Shown here: positions 1-13,382 of the stretch, piece by piece
Layout of the letters: every line of letters begins with the position of its first letter
Numbering within the stretch: position 1 is the first letter of the stretch
Assembly (NCBI GenBank): GCA_964016885.1
Contig: OZ024753.1
Span: forward strand, 6,324,001 to 6,388,000
Length of the DNA: 64,000 nucleotides
Source: Eledone cirrhosa
Lineage: Eukaryota
Direction of reading: 5' to 3'
Translations under genes and position numbers: made by a program
Notes under the pieces: model-generated
Told to the model about the DNA's origin: nothing
The model's database searches: none
The model's input: only the letters and a program-made list of their open reading frames with translations

Positions 1-423
1 ATAGGGGTTTCAGACTGGTGATGCTAATTATAAGTGTGGCCGCACCATAACTATATACAGCTTTAAATAGATAGCTGGAGAGCGGCTGACAAAGGTCTTG
101 CCGAGTGATGTGTATCAATCACATGATCAGGCCGCTAATTTACGTCCAAACAAACAACTTCTTACATTCCAATTACGTTAATGTTTTGAGGGTTTTTTTC
201 GTATCATTATACTGTAAACTGCTTAAATACAATCCCAATGTTGAAAGTAATTAACAGCGTGTTCTTTGTTTTTGGAGCCTCAATGAATTTTTGAATAGTG
301 TTTCTATGTTTATCTGAAGTGTCGGCTGTCGTTTTATATGGGATAGTTTACATTTTGCATTTTGTCATGCGACACATATAATCACGTTTAATTTAATTCA
401 TATGAATGGAATTAAAGAACATA

Positions 424-1152
424 TCTAAACTATAATAAAAGAAGGTCTGGGGGGACTGCGTTCGGTTTGTTTTTTTATCCCGTTATTAAAATAAGTTGGA
501 TTACTTTGACTAAATAATTGTATCTTATCTAGGCACAAGGCCAGCAATTACCCAGTGCATTACTGGTACTTTATTTTATCGACCCCGTAAGGATGAAAGG
601 CAAAGTCAACCTCGGCGGGATTTGAACCCAGATCGTAAAGGGACGTAACTATGCTGGAAAGCATGGCGTCCGACCCTCTACCGATACTGCCAATCCACCG
701 CCTTTGAATAAATAATGAATGAATATTACATAATTTATCTACTAAATTTCGTAAACAAAAATAATTTATTAAAAATAAATAATTGAAAATTGACTTCTTT
801 TCAAAGTTCCGGTATATAGTTACCACCACCACCACTTCAACTACCATATATATATAGAAAGAGAGAGTGAGTGATGTCAACACTTCCGGTGGCGATCACT
901 GAAATAAACATACTAACTTTCTGTTACTAATTTTCTCCTAATGCATTTTATATATAATATCGTCTTTTTTTAATGTATCATGATTACGTTACTGATTACA
1001 TAATGTAGTCTTCGTTCAATTTCTGTTTATATTGTCAATTACGATTTTATTTGATGTATCATAGCAACATGTATATATACTTGCGTATAATATCAATATA
1101 CACACTACACATGCTAGCAGAAAACCAACCGAAGGGTGGTTTTTTCTGCTAG
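424..1152 (+). mobile_element. Non-autonomous Helitron (copy 1) with nested SINE
   Basis: 5' a|TCTAAACTATAATAAAAG; 3' hairpin cagaaaaccaaccgaagggtggttttttctg then CTAG|t; inserted between A and T; second copy at 24099-24635 in opposite orientation. Confidence 0.75.
515..702 (-). mobile_element. tRNA-derived SINE (Meta-domain-like), subfamily A
   Basis: On minus: A-box tggcagtatcggtag, B-box ggttcaaatcc, gcctttcatccttacggggtcgataaaataaagtaccag domain; TSD-like tttga(c/a)taaataat. Confidence 0.9.
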
Positions 1153-1680
1153 TTCTTTTAATATAGGGGAAAACTGTAAGTTTCCTATTAATAAAAAACA
1201 AAAAAGTTTACAATTTGATTTGTCATTGAAACATAAACATATAATGATTTCAAAATATCATATATATTGATGCAGTGTAATATATGTTATAAACAATCGT
1301 TAACTTTTATAACACCATTAATAACTCCGCTAAGCCAATGTAGCATAATTATATATATCAACAAGATATACATTGTAATTTGAAATGATAGTCAATGACA
1401 GGAATGATCTGTCATTGTAATCCATATATAATAATGTATTTAAACAATTCATGCATTGGTCAACGCAATTGAAGTAGCATTAATATAAATTTGATATATT
1501 TGGACATAACGTAGTATAAAGTCTAGAAAAGGCAATTTTAGTCAATGCTTGTTTCCATAGTTTTGTTTCCATAGTTTTGTTATAGTTTAGAAATTAAATA
1601 TAGATTTGGCCTTCCAGCAAGAATGATCAAGAAACCCTCTACATATTCCAGTAATGTAGAACATTTTCCCAATTCATTAT

Positions 1681-1862
1681 TTGGCAGTATCGGTAGAGAG
1701 TTGGACGCCATGCTTTCCAGCATAGTTACGTCCCTTTACGGACTGAGTTCAAATCCCGCCGAGGTTAACTTTGCCTTTCATCCTTACGGGGTCGATAAAA
1801 TAAAGTACCAGGAATACACTGGAGTAATTGCTGGCCTTGTGCCAAAATGTAGAAACAATTAT
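1681..1862 (+). mobile_element. tRNA-derived SINE, subfamily A-like; a degraded copy follows (~1874-2056)
   Basis: Same consensus as 515-702. Confidence 0.9.
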
Positions 1863-2503
1863 TTAGTCAAATAGGAGGTGGATTGTCAGTATTGGTACTT
1901 TGTTGACATCAGTTGTGGCATAGTTATAGCCTTTTATTTTCTGGCAAAGTTACGTTTGCATTTATTCCTAACTAGGTTGATAACATAACTTACCAGTAAC
2001 GACCCCGAGTCAATTTAATCCTCCAAACTTGTGAACCTTGTGCCTAATTCAGAAATTTGGTCTAATGCTTGGGTTTATGGATCCCATCCAGACAATAATT
2101 TCCTATCAATATTTTAAGCGTTAAATAATTGAATGTAATATCAAAAATCTGAATTTATACTGACGGGATTTGTACTTTAGAAATAAGAAACATCCGATTA
2201 ATATTTTGTATGAATCGAAGGTGAGTTGTCTATTGCAACTGATATTTCAGGACTAACTGACAATGAGAAAACATTTATTTAAAAGACCGATAATTTTCAG
2301 TAAATCTGTGCAAATACTGTAGAATACGAAGAGAAAATATACCAGAATTTTGAAATTTATCGGTCTTTTACTACATTTCCCAATGTTTTGTATTAATTAC
2401 ATTACTCTACTTCTTGAAAGTTATTTTGTAACGGTTTTTAATACTATAACCAATCAGTTCTTCTGATGTATTTCGGCAAATATAGAGATTAGTAAGAATG
2501 TAT

Positions 2504-2842
2504 GTGAAGGCTCATGGCTTAGTGGTTAGAACATTGGGCTTGCAATTGAGAGGTGGGGAGTTCGATTCTCGGACCAGGTTATGCGTTGTTACCTTGAGCA
2601 AGACACTTTATTTCACATTACTCCAGTTTACTCAGCTATAGAAATGAGTTGCGACGTCAGTGGTGCCAAGCTGTATCTGTCATTGCCTTTCTCTTGGACA
2701 ACATCGGTAGCGTGGAGAGGGGGAGATTCGTATGTATGGGCGTCTGCTGGTCTTCCACAAAACAAACCTTGCCCAGGCTTGTGCCGCGGAGGGAAACTTT
2801 CTAAATACAAAACCACGGTCATTCGTGACCGAGTGACGCCTT
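2504..2842 (+). mobile_element. Second tRNA-derived SINE family (CORE-like central domain)
   Basis: A-box tggcttagtggttaga, B-box gagttcgattc, ccttgagcaagacact domain; homologous copies at 8620, 14625, 36160. Confidence 0.85.
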
Positions 2843-3799
2843 AATGAATGTATCAACACTCAGTAATTCATTAAGTTTTATACATCTGTCATATTGAGAC
2901 TGGCATACGTTTATTCCATGTATCGAAGATAAAGTTTTAAAACAATTTAAAAAAATTATTTAGATATCTCAATGGAAATGTTACTAATTTAAACAGTAAC
3001 AGTATGCCTCTTGTATATTATTTCAGTTCCAGTGTACTGAGCTAGTAACTGCTGGGAAACAAATGTAGTGTAAATAAATTTAGAATAAATGGAATAGTAT
3101 GTTATAGAGTAGATAATGGGGGAAATCTCATTGTAAGTAACCACTGACATTGATTGAACGACTTCAGCTTGCCTTAGACAACAGTCAATGCTACTCGCAA
3201 TAACTTGGAGGTAATTAATGACAGATACCTTCAAGAATTTGAGAGTTAATGGTGTAAAATCAATTAGAAGCACAAGGACATATTTTTCTCAACAATGTAA
3301 TGGATAGTGCGATCGATCAGTATTGGTATATTTAGTCTTCAATTCACCATTTTATTTCTATTACATATGCTGGAGCAGTTAGATAAAATGGAGTCCTATT
3401 TTGCTTTGGTTATGCGCGTGGTGGGTTCCTGAGTGTAAATTGATTAAATCTATTGATTAAAATATATATAAATTCTATATATTTTCTACTGTTTCTACAT
3501 TTGCCTTTCATTGTGATTCCTTTATATCGATAAGTTTTGAATATTCTTCACAAACAATTGTTTCAAGATCCATATTTCTCTCCAATGTCTTGTAATGTGT
3601 TAGTTTGTGTTAAGGTAAATTGTCATACAATAAACAAAGAACACCCCTGATGGACGGATTGAGATCGTTTGTAAACGTGGATTTAATCATGAATTTTGAA
3701 TTCTTTCCTTCCAAACTCACAGTATATACATAACTAGAAAATGAGAATGAATTCTATGAAACATGCATCCAAACACAAAAGAAATCTCTTACAAATAAT

Positions 3800-3932
3800 T
3801 ATAATTGTTTCTACTTTAGGCACAAGGCCAGTAATTACCCAGTGCATTACTGGTACTTTATTTTATCGACCCCGTAAGGATGAAAGGCAAAGTCAACCTC
3901 GGCGGGAGTTGAACTCAGATCGTAAAGGGACA
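3800..3932 (-). mobile_element. tRNA-derived SINE, 5'-truncated
   Basis: Matches 3' two-thirds of the SINE consensus. Confidence 0.9.
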
Positions 3933-4337
3933 TAAATAATTATATTAGTTATTCCACATGAATACACATATCTAAATATAGTCGCTAAGACAGCAGCATG
4001 TTATGCTGCCTGAATTCTCCTTTACGGATCTTTCGTTCCTTCACATTGATTCTTTCATCTTCCTCTGAAATACATAACTATTTAAAAACATACTAGTTAT
4101 AAAATATACATATTCTTCTTACTGCTTGTATTCTTATTACTATTTGCTCCCTTTTCTTCTGCCAAATTGCAATAAGAAGAGGGAGCAGGAATCTTCCATT
4201 TTTAAACCCAATATTAGGCAAGATACACAGGAACTAGAAAAACAACCAACACATTTTCTTTATATTAATCTCTACCTGTAAATCCCGAATTATTTCGCTT
4301 CATAACTAACTGTCGTGCTAATATTACGAATTAAACA

Positions 4338-4523
4338 TAATTGTTTCTACTTTTGGCACAAGGCCAGCAATTACCCAGTACATTACTGGTACTTTATTTT
4401 ATCGACCCCGTAAGGATGAAAGGCAAAGTTAACCTTGGCGGGATTTGAACTCGAACCGTAAAGGGACGTAACTATGCTGGAAAGCAAGGCGTCCGACTCT
4501 ACCGATACTGCCAATCCACCGCC
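4338..4523 (-). mobile_element. tRNA-derived SINE, full length
   Basis: Consensus match; about 19-bp TSD attacgaattaaacataat on both sides. Confidence 0.9.
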
Positions 4524-5009
4524 ATGGATTACGAATTAAACATAATGACGTTGATCGTTATACCATACATTCTTTCACATCTGATGGATTACAATCTGGT
4601 CTTCCCTGTCATAAAGATCTGTTTTTCTGATACAGTATATGTTTCTTGACAATATAAATTCTACTTCAAAACATAAATAAATCTCAGAAAGGAATTATTT
4701 AATTTTCCATGCATGGAAAATTAGATAATTTCTTTCTGTCTCGAAATAATTAATTTCTGCCTAGTTATCCATTGATAGGTGTTTTACTTTATGTATGAAA
4801 TACGGACAGTGTACATAAATATGTCAGAATTAAATATTCTGAATATACATGGGCAAGAGGATGGAAGTGGAGTGCATGGTCGCATCAATCAATTGCCATT
4901 TATGCACTTTATGTATCTATTGCATGATGTTATTTTCAAATTATTTTCTGTCTAAATGTGAAAATCCTTTAATAATCTAGAACTTTTTCTATAAAGCGCC
5001 AAGAAGGTG

Positions 5010-5992
5010 CTTGTATGATGGAGACACAGCTTCCATGATAGAGAGGCATCATGGGGGACACAGTTTGCATGACACACACAGCATGCATGATAGAGACACG
5101 GCGTGCATGATGGAGACATGGCTTGTATGACACAGCTTGTATGATGGAGAGACAGCTTCTGTGATAGAGTCACGGTTTGTATGATAGACACAGCTTGTAT
5201 GATAGACACAGCTTGTGTGAAAGACACAGCGTGTGTGGTAGAGACACAGTTGGTATGATGGAGACACAGCTTGTATGATGGAGACACAGCTTGTATGATA
5301 GAGACACAGCTTGTGGGATGGAGACACGGCTTGTGGGATGGAGACACGGCTTGTGGGATGGAGACACGGCTTGTGGGATGGAGACACGGCTTGTGGGATG
5401 GAGACACGGCTTGTGGGATGGAGACACGGCTTGTGGGATGGAGACACGGCTTGTGGGATGGAGACACGGCTTGTGGGATGGAGACACGGCTTGTGGGATG
5501 GAGACACGGCTTGTGGGATAGAGACACGGCTTGTGGGATAGAGACACGGCTTGTGGGATAGAGACACGGCTTGTGGGATAGAGACACGGCTTGTGGGATA
5601 GAGACACGGCTTGTGGGATAGAGACACGGCTTGTGGGATAGAGACACGGCTTGTGGGATAGAGACACGGCTTGTGGGATAGAGACACGGCTTGTGGGATA
5701 GAGACACGGCTTGTGGGATAGAGACACGGCTTGTGGGATAGAGACACGGCTTGTGGGATAGAGACACGGCTTGTGGGATAGAGACACGGCTTGTGGGATA
5801 GAGACACGGCTTGTGGGATAGAAACACGGCTTGTGGGATAGAAACACAGTTTGCATGATGGGGACACAGTTTGCATGATGGGGACACAGCTTGCATGATG
5901 GGGACACAGCTTGCATGATGGGGACACAGCTTGCATGATGGGGACACAGCTTGCATGATGGGGACACAGCTTGCATGATGGAAAGACAGCTT
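5010..5992. repeat. 20-bp minisatellite (gagacacggcttgtgggat[g/a])n, roughly 48 units
   Basis: Direct tandem periodicity of 20; homogeneous centre, degenerate edges. Confidence 0.97.
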
Positions 5993-6587
5993 ATACCAGA
6001 AGCAACACCAATATTGTAAAATGATTGCATAATCGTCTTCGTGAAAATGTATCTTGTCGCGTTCTTCATTGGACCAGGGATATCGTAAAACAAGTAAACG
6101 GCACCAACACTCTGTAATTATAATTTCTATCATTAACATATCGCAGTATACAAGAAGTGGAATGAATGAGCAACAGCTCATCATATTTACATCTGAATTT
6201 ATAAGTTTTAAAACTTCGATTTATTGCAAGAAAATTATTGTAATTGATCAACTTTTCCTACACTTTACTATCATGAATTAATCTTTGATTTCAAGCTGAA
6301 TAATTTCGGATTGAAATTATAAGTAAAAGGCACCACTTAGTCGTGTAAAGCCGAAATCTGATATCATAAGCTTATTAAACATAGTCATTTCCGATATATT
6401 CTTAAATGAATTCAAGCATGCTATAAACGAATTATAATTAACAAATATCTGATGGCGTAATAAAGGTTTTATATTAGTTTCAGTTTCAAGATTGTATGTC
6501 GCCTGAGCTCACTGTTACGATGTATATTCCTGTAATGATAATGCCCACGAGAAAGTGTAGTTTAATATTAGCAGGTGGATTGCCTGC

Positions 6588-7145
6588 ATATATATATATA
6601 TGTATGTATATATATATATATGTGTGTGTGTATGTATATATGTATGTATATATGTATATATGTATGTATAATATATATATGTATGTATATATGTATATAT
6701 GTATGTATAATATATATATGTATGTATATATGTATATATGTATATATGTATATATGTATATATGTATGTATAATATATATATGTATGTATATATGTATAT
6801 ATGTATATATGTATGTATAATATATATATGTATGTATATATGTATATATGTATATATGTATGTATAATATATATATGTATGTATATATGTATATATGTAT
6901 GTATAATATATATATATGTATATATGTATGTATAATATATATATATGTATATATGTATGTATAATATATATATATGTATGTATATATGTATGTATATATG
7001 TATATATATATGTATGTATATATGTATATATGTATGTATATATGTATGTATAATATATATATGTATGTATATATGTATGTATAATATATATATGTATGTA
7101 TATATGTATGTATAATATATATATGTATGTATATATGTATGTATA

Positions 7146-7179
<34 letters not shown>

Positions 7180-7776
7180 TATATATATGTATATATGTAT
7201 ATATGTATGTATAATATATATATGTGTGTATATATGTATATATATATATATGTATATATGTATGTATATATGTATATATATATATGTATATATGTATGAG
7301 TGTGTGGGAGAAAAAGGAGGCGATATGTGCAGAGTGGGGGGTGTCTAATAGATATACAGATTACTGCACAGCAAATTTGGTAATGAATAGATAATTGTGT
7401 GTATGTGTATATATATATATATATATGTGTGAGTGTGTATATATATATATGTGTGTGTGTGTGTGGATATATATGTTGGTATAAGTATATATGTAAACTT
7501 ATACCTGCATATATATGCATATACACACTGATATATATACATGTACACACACACATATATATATATATACATACATACACACACATACACACACATACAT
7601 GCATACATATATATGCATATACACACATACATACATATATATGAATATACACACATATATACATATATATATATACATATACATATATATATATATACAT
7701 AAACATACACATACATACACACACATATATATATATACATACACACACACATACATACATATATATGCATATACAC

Positions 7777-7809
<33 letters not shown>

Positions 7810-8035
7810 CATACACACACACATCACACACATATATATACATACACACACATACACACACATACACACACATACACACACATATATATGCATATACACA
7901 TATATACATATATATATATATATACATACATATATATATATATACACACACACACACACGCACACACATACACACATACATACATATATATGTGTGGGGG
8001 CATGTTCTTTGTGTGTGTGTACTCCCAGAAAGAGA
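6588..8035. repeat. Compound (TA)/(TG)/(CA) microsatellite block
   Basis: Direct inspection. Confidence 0.95.
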
Positions 8036-8363
8036 GAGAATGTGAGACTGAGTGGAAGGAAGCATGTTTATAAATATTAGTTAGCATATGGTAATGATCG
8101 GAGTTTTAGTCACTAAGGTCAGCATATTACTCCCAAAGCATATTTGAGTATATAATATATAAAGTATATACTCGTCTCATATTCTAGGATGTATCCTAAT
8201 ATCACCGTGTATATAACAATATTGGGCATTCACGCAAAACTTATATTAACAACGCAATATGTATTCAAGTTGAATGACCGTTGTGCTTTGTTGCCGTCCT
8301 ATTGCCTGCCTTTATTTAGTTCAAATTGCTTCCAAGATTAACACACACACGTGTGTGTGTGTG

Positions 8364-8400
<37 letters not shown>

Positions 8401-8500
8401 GGGGTCTTACTGGTTCCTATTACCCACTCTACTACCTCAAGTATTGAGTACTTTGGTGCGTTATGGTCCACCTGGTTCCTTACCACATTTCCTTCGTTAT
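8401..8500 (+). mobile_element. Penelope-like pLTR fragment (family P1) in a (TA)n tract
   Basis: Homologous to 8848-8962, 26148-26298, 38093-38287, 49975-50128; starts ggggtcttac immediately after (TA)n. Confidence 0.65.
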
Positions 8501-8619
8501 AAATATATATATATATATTAAGGAACGATCGACTTTCGTCAAATCAGACCGAGGGAACAATGTTTCCGTTCGTCTTTCCAATTGCTAATACTATCTATTG
8601 GTCGCAACTCCAGGTAGAA

Positions 8620-8740
8620 GGAGCAACGTGAAATAAAGTGTCTTGCTCAAGGACATAACGCATCGCCTGGTCTGGGAATCGAACTCACAACCTTACGATT
8701 GCGAATCCAATTCTCTAACCACTCAGCCACACGCCTTCAC
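8620..8740 (-). mobile_element. CORE-like SINE, 5' part
   Basis: Reverse complement of the head of 2504-2842. Confidence 0.8.
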
Positions 8741-8774
8741 TATGTGTATATATATATATGTTTGTGTGTGTGTG

Positions 8775-8829
<55 letters not shown>

Positions 8830-8847
8830 TGTGTGTGTCTGTGTGTG

Positions 8848-8962
8848 TAGGAAAAGAGTCAGGAACCCGACGGCTGAGCTCCGGCCGTTTCGATAGCTAG
8901 ATCCGAACTGAGTACTCTGGTGTGTTATGGTCCACCTGGTATCTTACCACACCCTCTTTGTT
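8848..8962. mobile_element. Penelope-like pLTR fragment (family P1) with inverted hammerhead half
   Basis: cgacggctgagctccggccgtttc is the reverse complement of GAAA-cggc-loop-gccg-TC, joined to forward downstream sequence; microsatellite flanks. Confidence 0.6.
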
Positions 8963-8982
8963 TTATATATATATATATATAT

Positions 8983-9172
8983 ACATCCCTTTTTTCTAAA
9001 TGTCTTTCCACCACTCCCCCACACAGCCTCGGAACACTCTTCATACCCACTTTTCTCCTGATGAAGAACTTATGCCCGAAACGTCGTACCCCACCCCCAC
9101 TCTCAAAAGCGTGAACCTAATAAACTCTTATTTGTACTCCCTCTCTGTTTTTCTTCCCGTCTAAGTTTTAAC
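8983..9172 (+). mobile_element. Penelope-like end with degenerate hammerhead core at 9058-9088
   Basis: CTGATGA agaacttatgccc GAAA cgtcg TA, AATAAA downstream, (TA)n both sides; helix I does not pair. Confidence 0.55.
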
Positions 9173-9190
9173 TATATATATATATATATA

Positions 9191-9410
9191 GTAATAATAG
9201 TAAATGTGAAGACTAAAATCCGAAGAGGGCTCAATAAGGATAATATATATATATAAAAATATATAAACTCGTAGAGCAAAGATTTATTAAAATAACAGAT
9301 TAAAGTTTAAGCAAAGAATCGCATCTTTCCTCTTAACGGTATCCTCTGAAACTGAAGGTCCTGTGAAGTGTGAAAGCAGCGATTCTTTGCTTAAACTTTA
9401 ATCTGTTCGA
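9191..9410. mobile_element. Penelope-like fold-back fragment (family P2)
   Basis: Inverted repeat aacagattaaagtttaagcaaagaatcgc / gcgattctttgcttaaactttaatctgtt; homologous to 52567-52735 and partly 21734-21780. Confidence 0.55.
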
Positions 9411-9889
9411 GGTTATAAGAGGCTTAGCTCTGTTTCTCGACCGTTATATCGCGTGACTATCTCCCCCTCCGCCTTTTGGGATTCTTTCTCACGTCGTGTA
9501 GACGCGTTCTTGAGACTAGAAAAATGAGGTATCCTCTTGATAAGTCGGCAGACCTCGCAGGGACTCTATATCTTTATGATATATTGCTTTTGTTTATGCC
9601 ACGAAACTACGTAGTCGAGGAATCTAGGAGCAGTTAAGGTATGATACATTTTATTACTAATTATATCTAAATGTTTTTTCTCTCTTCATAATGTATTTTT
9701 AACTCTGATACTGGTTCAGTCTAGTTCAACTGAATTGGTCTGTCCCAGTCATTCATTGAGCAACGTCGGTGAAGTTGGCACCCTTAACTCACAGTTGGGT
9801 GCGGATGCATTCATGTATATATGTGTGTGTCCGCATGTATCTGTGTGTTTCTAAATATATTGTATATTTATTTATATATATATATATAT

Positions 9890-10325
9890 GTCAGGTCGCT
9901 CTCGAGTGCTACTGGTAACATGTAACCCAGTACAACCTGTCTCATGGTGAGGAGGGTGATATTTGGACACCCTGTGGGATGAAATACAAGACCGGGCAAA
10001 GGACAGAGGAACTCAGCAGAGTCAACGGCCATTCAAATAGTTTTTCTTTTTTGTTCTTTTTTTTACCTGGGAGTGAAAGCCCCCCAGGGGTTTTCACAAC
10101 ATCTTTCTAGGAGATAGAAACTCTAAAAACAAAAAAAAAGCCTGCGGCTTCAGAAGCATCCGATGATGTTGACCAGTTCGCCTTTTCGGGTGGTTTTTTC
10201 GATGCTCAGAGTGTGATTGGTCGAGTGCAATGCCTTTCCTCACTTCAAAATACCTTCAAAGCACAGGCATTGCTTGATCAGGATATGTTGCAGGTTCGTG
10301 TGGCTGGCCGTAGCCTAAAAGTGCA
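9890..10325 (+). mobile_element. Dispersed repeat resembling an RTE-type 5' UTR or non-autonomous retroposon
   Basis: Homologous to 15084-15572 (tgtaacccagtacaacctgt, ggtgaggagggtgat, gtgcaa.g.ctttcctcactt); family assignment from memory. Confidence 0.55.
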
Positions 10326-10434
10326 CCAAACTATATAATCTGCCAATCAATTGCAATACTCTTAGCAAAATTTGCTGCCATCATGTATGTGTGTGAATAT
10401 ATATATATATATATGTGTGTGTGTGTATGTGTGT

Positions 10435-10550
10435 GTTTCATTCGAAGGAAATCTAGTCCTGTAGAAGCTATTTCTATATTAAAATTTATACTCCGCTATG
10501 TATTGAGTACCTTACTTACTGTAGTTACCCCCGATTGAACCCGGGATACA
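10435..10550 (+). mobile_element. Penelope-like fragment (family P3)
   Basis: ctagtcctgtagaa...gagtaccttacttactgt..ttacc matches 23442-23621 and 52910-53091. Confidence 0.65.
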
Positions 10551-10917
10551 TTTGAATCTTTTGTAGTGTCTACTACGCAGACAAAGATATCTAACATATT
10601 GTGAACATTGACCTCAAATTGTCTAAATTATAGAATATAGGAAAAAGTTAAAAAATATATCAGTAAAAATATGTGAAATGTTACAATTATTCAAATTTAT
10701 GCTGATATTATACATGAAGGAATTTAAATGTAAACAGGGAATTGATGTACATTTCTCAAATCGTTTGTTTTATAGTCTAAATATATTCGTGTCTTATATG
10801 TTTGCCAGTATTACACCAGCCATTCAATATAATTTATCCCCATGATATAAAATATATATTGACTCTAAAAACTAGTAGTAGTAGTAGTAGTAGTAGTATC
10901 ATTATTTGTGTGGTCAA

Positions 10918-11118
10918 GGGCGGCGGATTGGCAGTATCGGTAGAGGGTCGGACGCATAGAGTTACGGCCCTTTATCATCTGAGTTCAAAACCCTTTGCCT
11001 TTCATCCTTACGGGGTCGATAAAATAAAGTACCAGTCACGCACTAGAGTCGATTTAATCGATCGACTGTCTCCCCCCCTAAAATAGCTGGCCTTGTGTCT
11101 TTATGAGAAACCATTATT
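10918..11118 (+). mobile_element. tRNA-derived SINE, long-tail variant
   Basis: Consensus head plus gtcgatttaatcga...aaaatagctggccttgtg tail. Confidence 0.85.
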
Positions 11119-11169
11119 TGTATGGTTAGTCTCTCACAGCATTTTCCAACTGGTTTGATAGGTGGCCAA

Positions 11170-11450
11170 AAGCCAACGCCTTTTAAGGGAGGAGAAGAGA
11201 ATATATGAGTTACGATGGCCTTGAAGCAGCTCTGAGCCATGTGAGTGTCAGACCAAGCAAACTTCTCTGAAGAACATTCATATCAGAGATTATACATGAA
11301 TTCCAGATTTCCTTGGAAAGTCTGTGCTAAAGAGTACCAAAACCAGTATTTGACAAACACTCCAAACACATATATGCCAATAGCCGGACCTACTGTAGTT
11401 ACACCCAAGGTGATGAATCTGTCCTGCACGACGTACTAGTTCCCCTTGCT
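11170..11450 (+). pseudogene. Degraded RTE-type LINE C-terminal fragment
   Basis: Broken-frame remnants resembling (L)YGLEA, QISW and IAGHC motifs of RTE ORF2. Confidence 0.4.
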
Positions 11451-11615
11451 GACACCCTCGATTAATCTGAAAATATATATTTCGACATTGACATTTTACA
11501 ATTTTGTGAAGTATTAGTGAAACCTATTGTATTCCTTCATCTTTTATTCAGAAATGAGAAATTCACACGTCCGAATCTCATTAATGAAGTATGCTTGAAT
11601 ATGCATACAATGGAG

Positions 11616-11894
11616 CAGACATGGGCAACAATTTACGAGAAGTGGGGCGGATGAGATATGGTTCATGATCAGGCGGGTCGCAAGCGCTAAGTTACATTCG
11701 TGCTCACATTAAAAAAAGAGTGGTAACTCAAGTTGTTTTGATTTGTTTCTTATGGATTCGTATTCGATCGTAAAAATGATAGAAAGATAAATTACGTCTG
11801 AAAAGTTGGGGTAAAAAAAATCAGAAAGATTTCAATTAGGTGACATAGGAGAACCATTCAGAAAGCTTCGTAGGCCGCAGTTTGCCCATGACAG
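11616..11894. mobile_element. hAT-type MITE
   Basis: TIR cagacatgggcaa / ttgcccatgacag; 8-bp TSD caatggag / caatagag. Confidence 0.75.
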
Positions 11895-13382
11895 CAATAG
11901 AGCATACATGAAATCTTTCACGCTGGCGGCTAGTTAGTCCGTGTTATTACTTTTTGCCATTTTGGGAATAAATTCTAGTTTAAAGTTACATTAGTTTTAT
12001 TGTAAATATAACTGAATGTATCTAAAATACCGTCGTTTTCTAACACTTGTAAAACACGTCCTCGTAGTATTTTTGCTAATATTGTAAACATTTGCTTTGT
12101 TGTGAGTTGCTGTTGATAATTTTATTGATATCGTGCAAATCTGCTTTTTTCCATTGGCAAACTGTGAAGCCCAATTCCGATGTCAAATTGTGTTTTCGCA
12201 AATCTTGACTGTTTTCTCTTTGTGGATTTTGTTGTATCTCCTTTACATTTTCTCAATTGTTTTTCCTATATTCGAAAAACATTTTTAAGAGCCGATTCCT
12301 GTGCTACGTTGTCTCTCACTTTCCTGTAAATACCAACTTTTCTCTTCCATGTTTTGCAGGGTATTAGCAGCTATATTGAAATAAAAATAATCCCAAGAAT
12401 ACTTTCAAACGAAATAGAATAATATTTAATGCACAAACAATTTTCTCTCCCCGGAAGCCGTGGGTAAACATCCACAGATTTCAATGTTCTTTGTAAATTA
12501 ATGAAAAATAAATCCTTCGTTCAACCAATAATAATAATAATAATAAAAAAAAAATATTCTCTCGAAGGGGTTTGGCCGTACACCTATTTTCGCAAAGAGG
12601 TGATAAAAATACCAAAATAAAATCGAAAATAAAATCGATAATATTAAGGATATAATAATAGTAACAATACTGAAAATGATTTGCTGAGATAGAAACATTC
12701 TATGTAGGATGTAAAGGAAAAGAGGAAAAAGAAAGATAAATTACTATATAAATCACTTAAGAAAGGAGGTATGTCTAAACTAAAATGTCACTTGTTAAAC
12801 AATTAAATATGTTTCACAATCGTGTCATTTGTCCAAATGTTGCGATTGGGAATGTGTTGACAAAATCAAGTAGGAAACCTATTAAACAAAACAGGCATGA
12901 AATGCAGTGTGTCAGAATGATCACATATACCCTTATACTGTCTCTCCGAAAAGTATGTTAAAGGGGACATGTACCAGATGGATATTTGGAGAATGTCATG
13001 CAATTTATCGACAATCGTATAGCAAATGACCAGGTCAATCCTTTCAGAAATGGAAGGTCTATTTAATTGAGGAAACGCATGAGACTGTGTCATAGGAAAT
13101 AGAGAATGTGTTGAAAATATTCCTAGTTTAATACATTTAACTGAAAGCAATTCATGAAAATTGATATATGTAATATAAGCAAAAAGCATAATGAATGTTG
13201 GTTTTGATATTTATAATTTACAGGGTGACTACGAAGGAGTGATGATAGAGCTGCTGAGTCTTTCATGCATTAATTTAGACTCCCTTAATACTTTGCTAAT
13301 GAAAGCGTTAGTCAGTCAATGAAATGTTCGACCTATAAAATTGTAGCTGGAATTTATTTTCTATTAGATATATACATTAAGA

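Noticed and set aside
1-170. Promoter/enhancer-like segment
   Set aside because: No gene context or diagnostic motif to support it
2504-2580. tRNA genes at SINE heads
   Set aside because: A/B boxes only, no cloverleaf; they continue into the SINE body
4952-6184. 410/295/307-aa ORFs
   Set aside because: Translations of the 20-bp minisatellite, open in all three minus frames
9340-9395. Intact hammerhead in family P2
   Set aside because: CTGAAG(G/A)...GAAA present but no UH cleavage site or helix I; kept only as degenerate
12080-12520. Possible minus-strand exon (acceptor-like site then ATG GAA GAG)
   Set aside because: Stops after 21 codons; no recognisable homology
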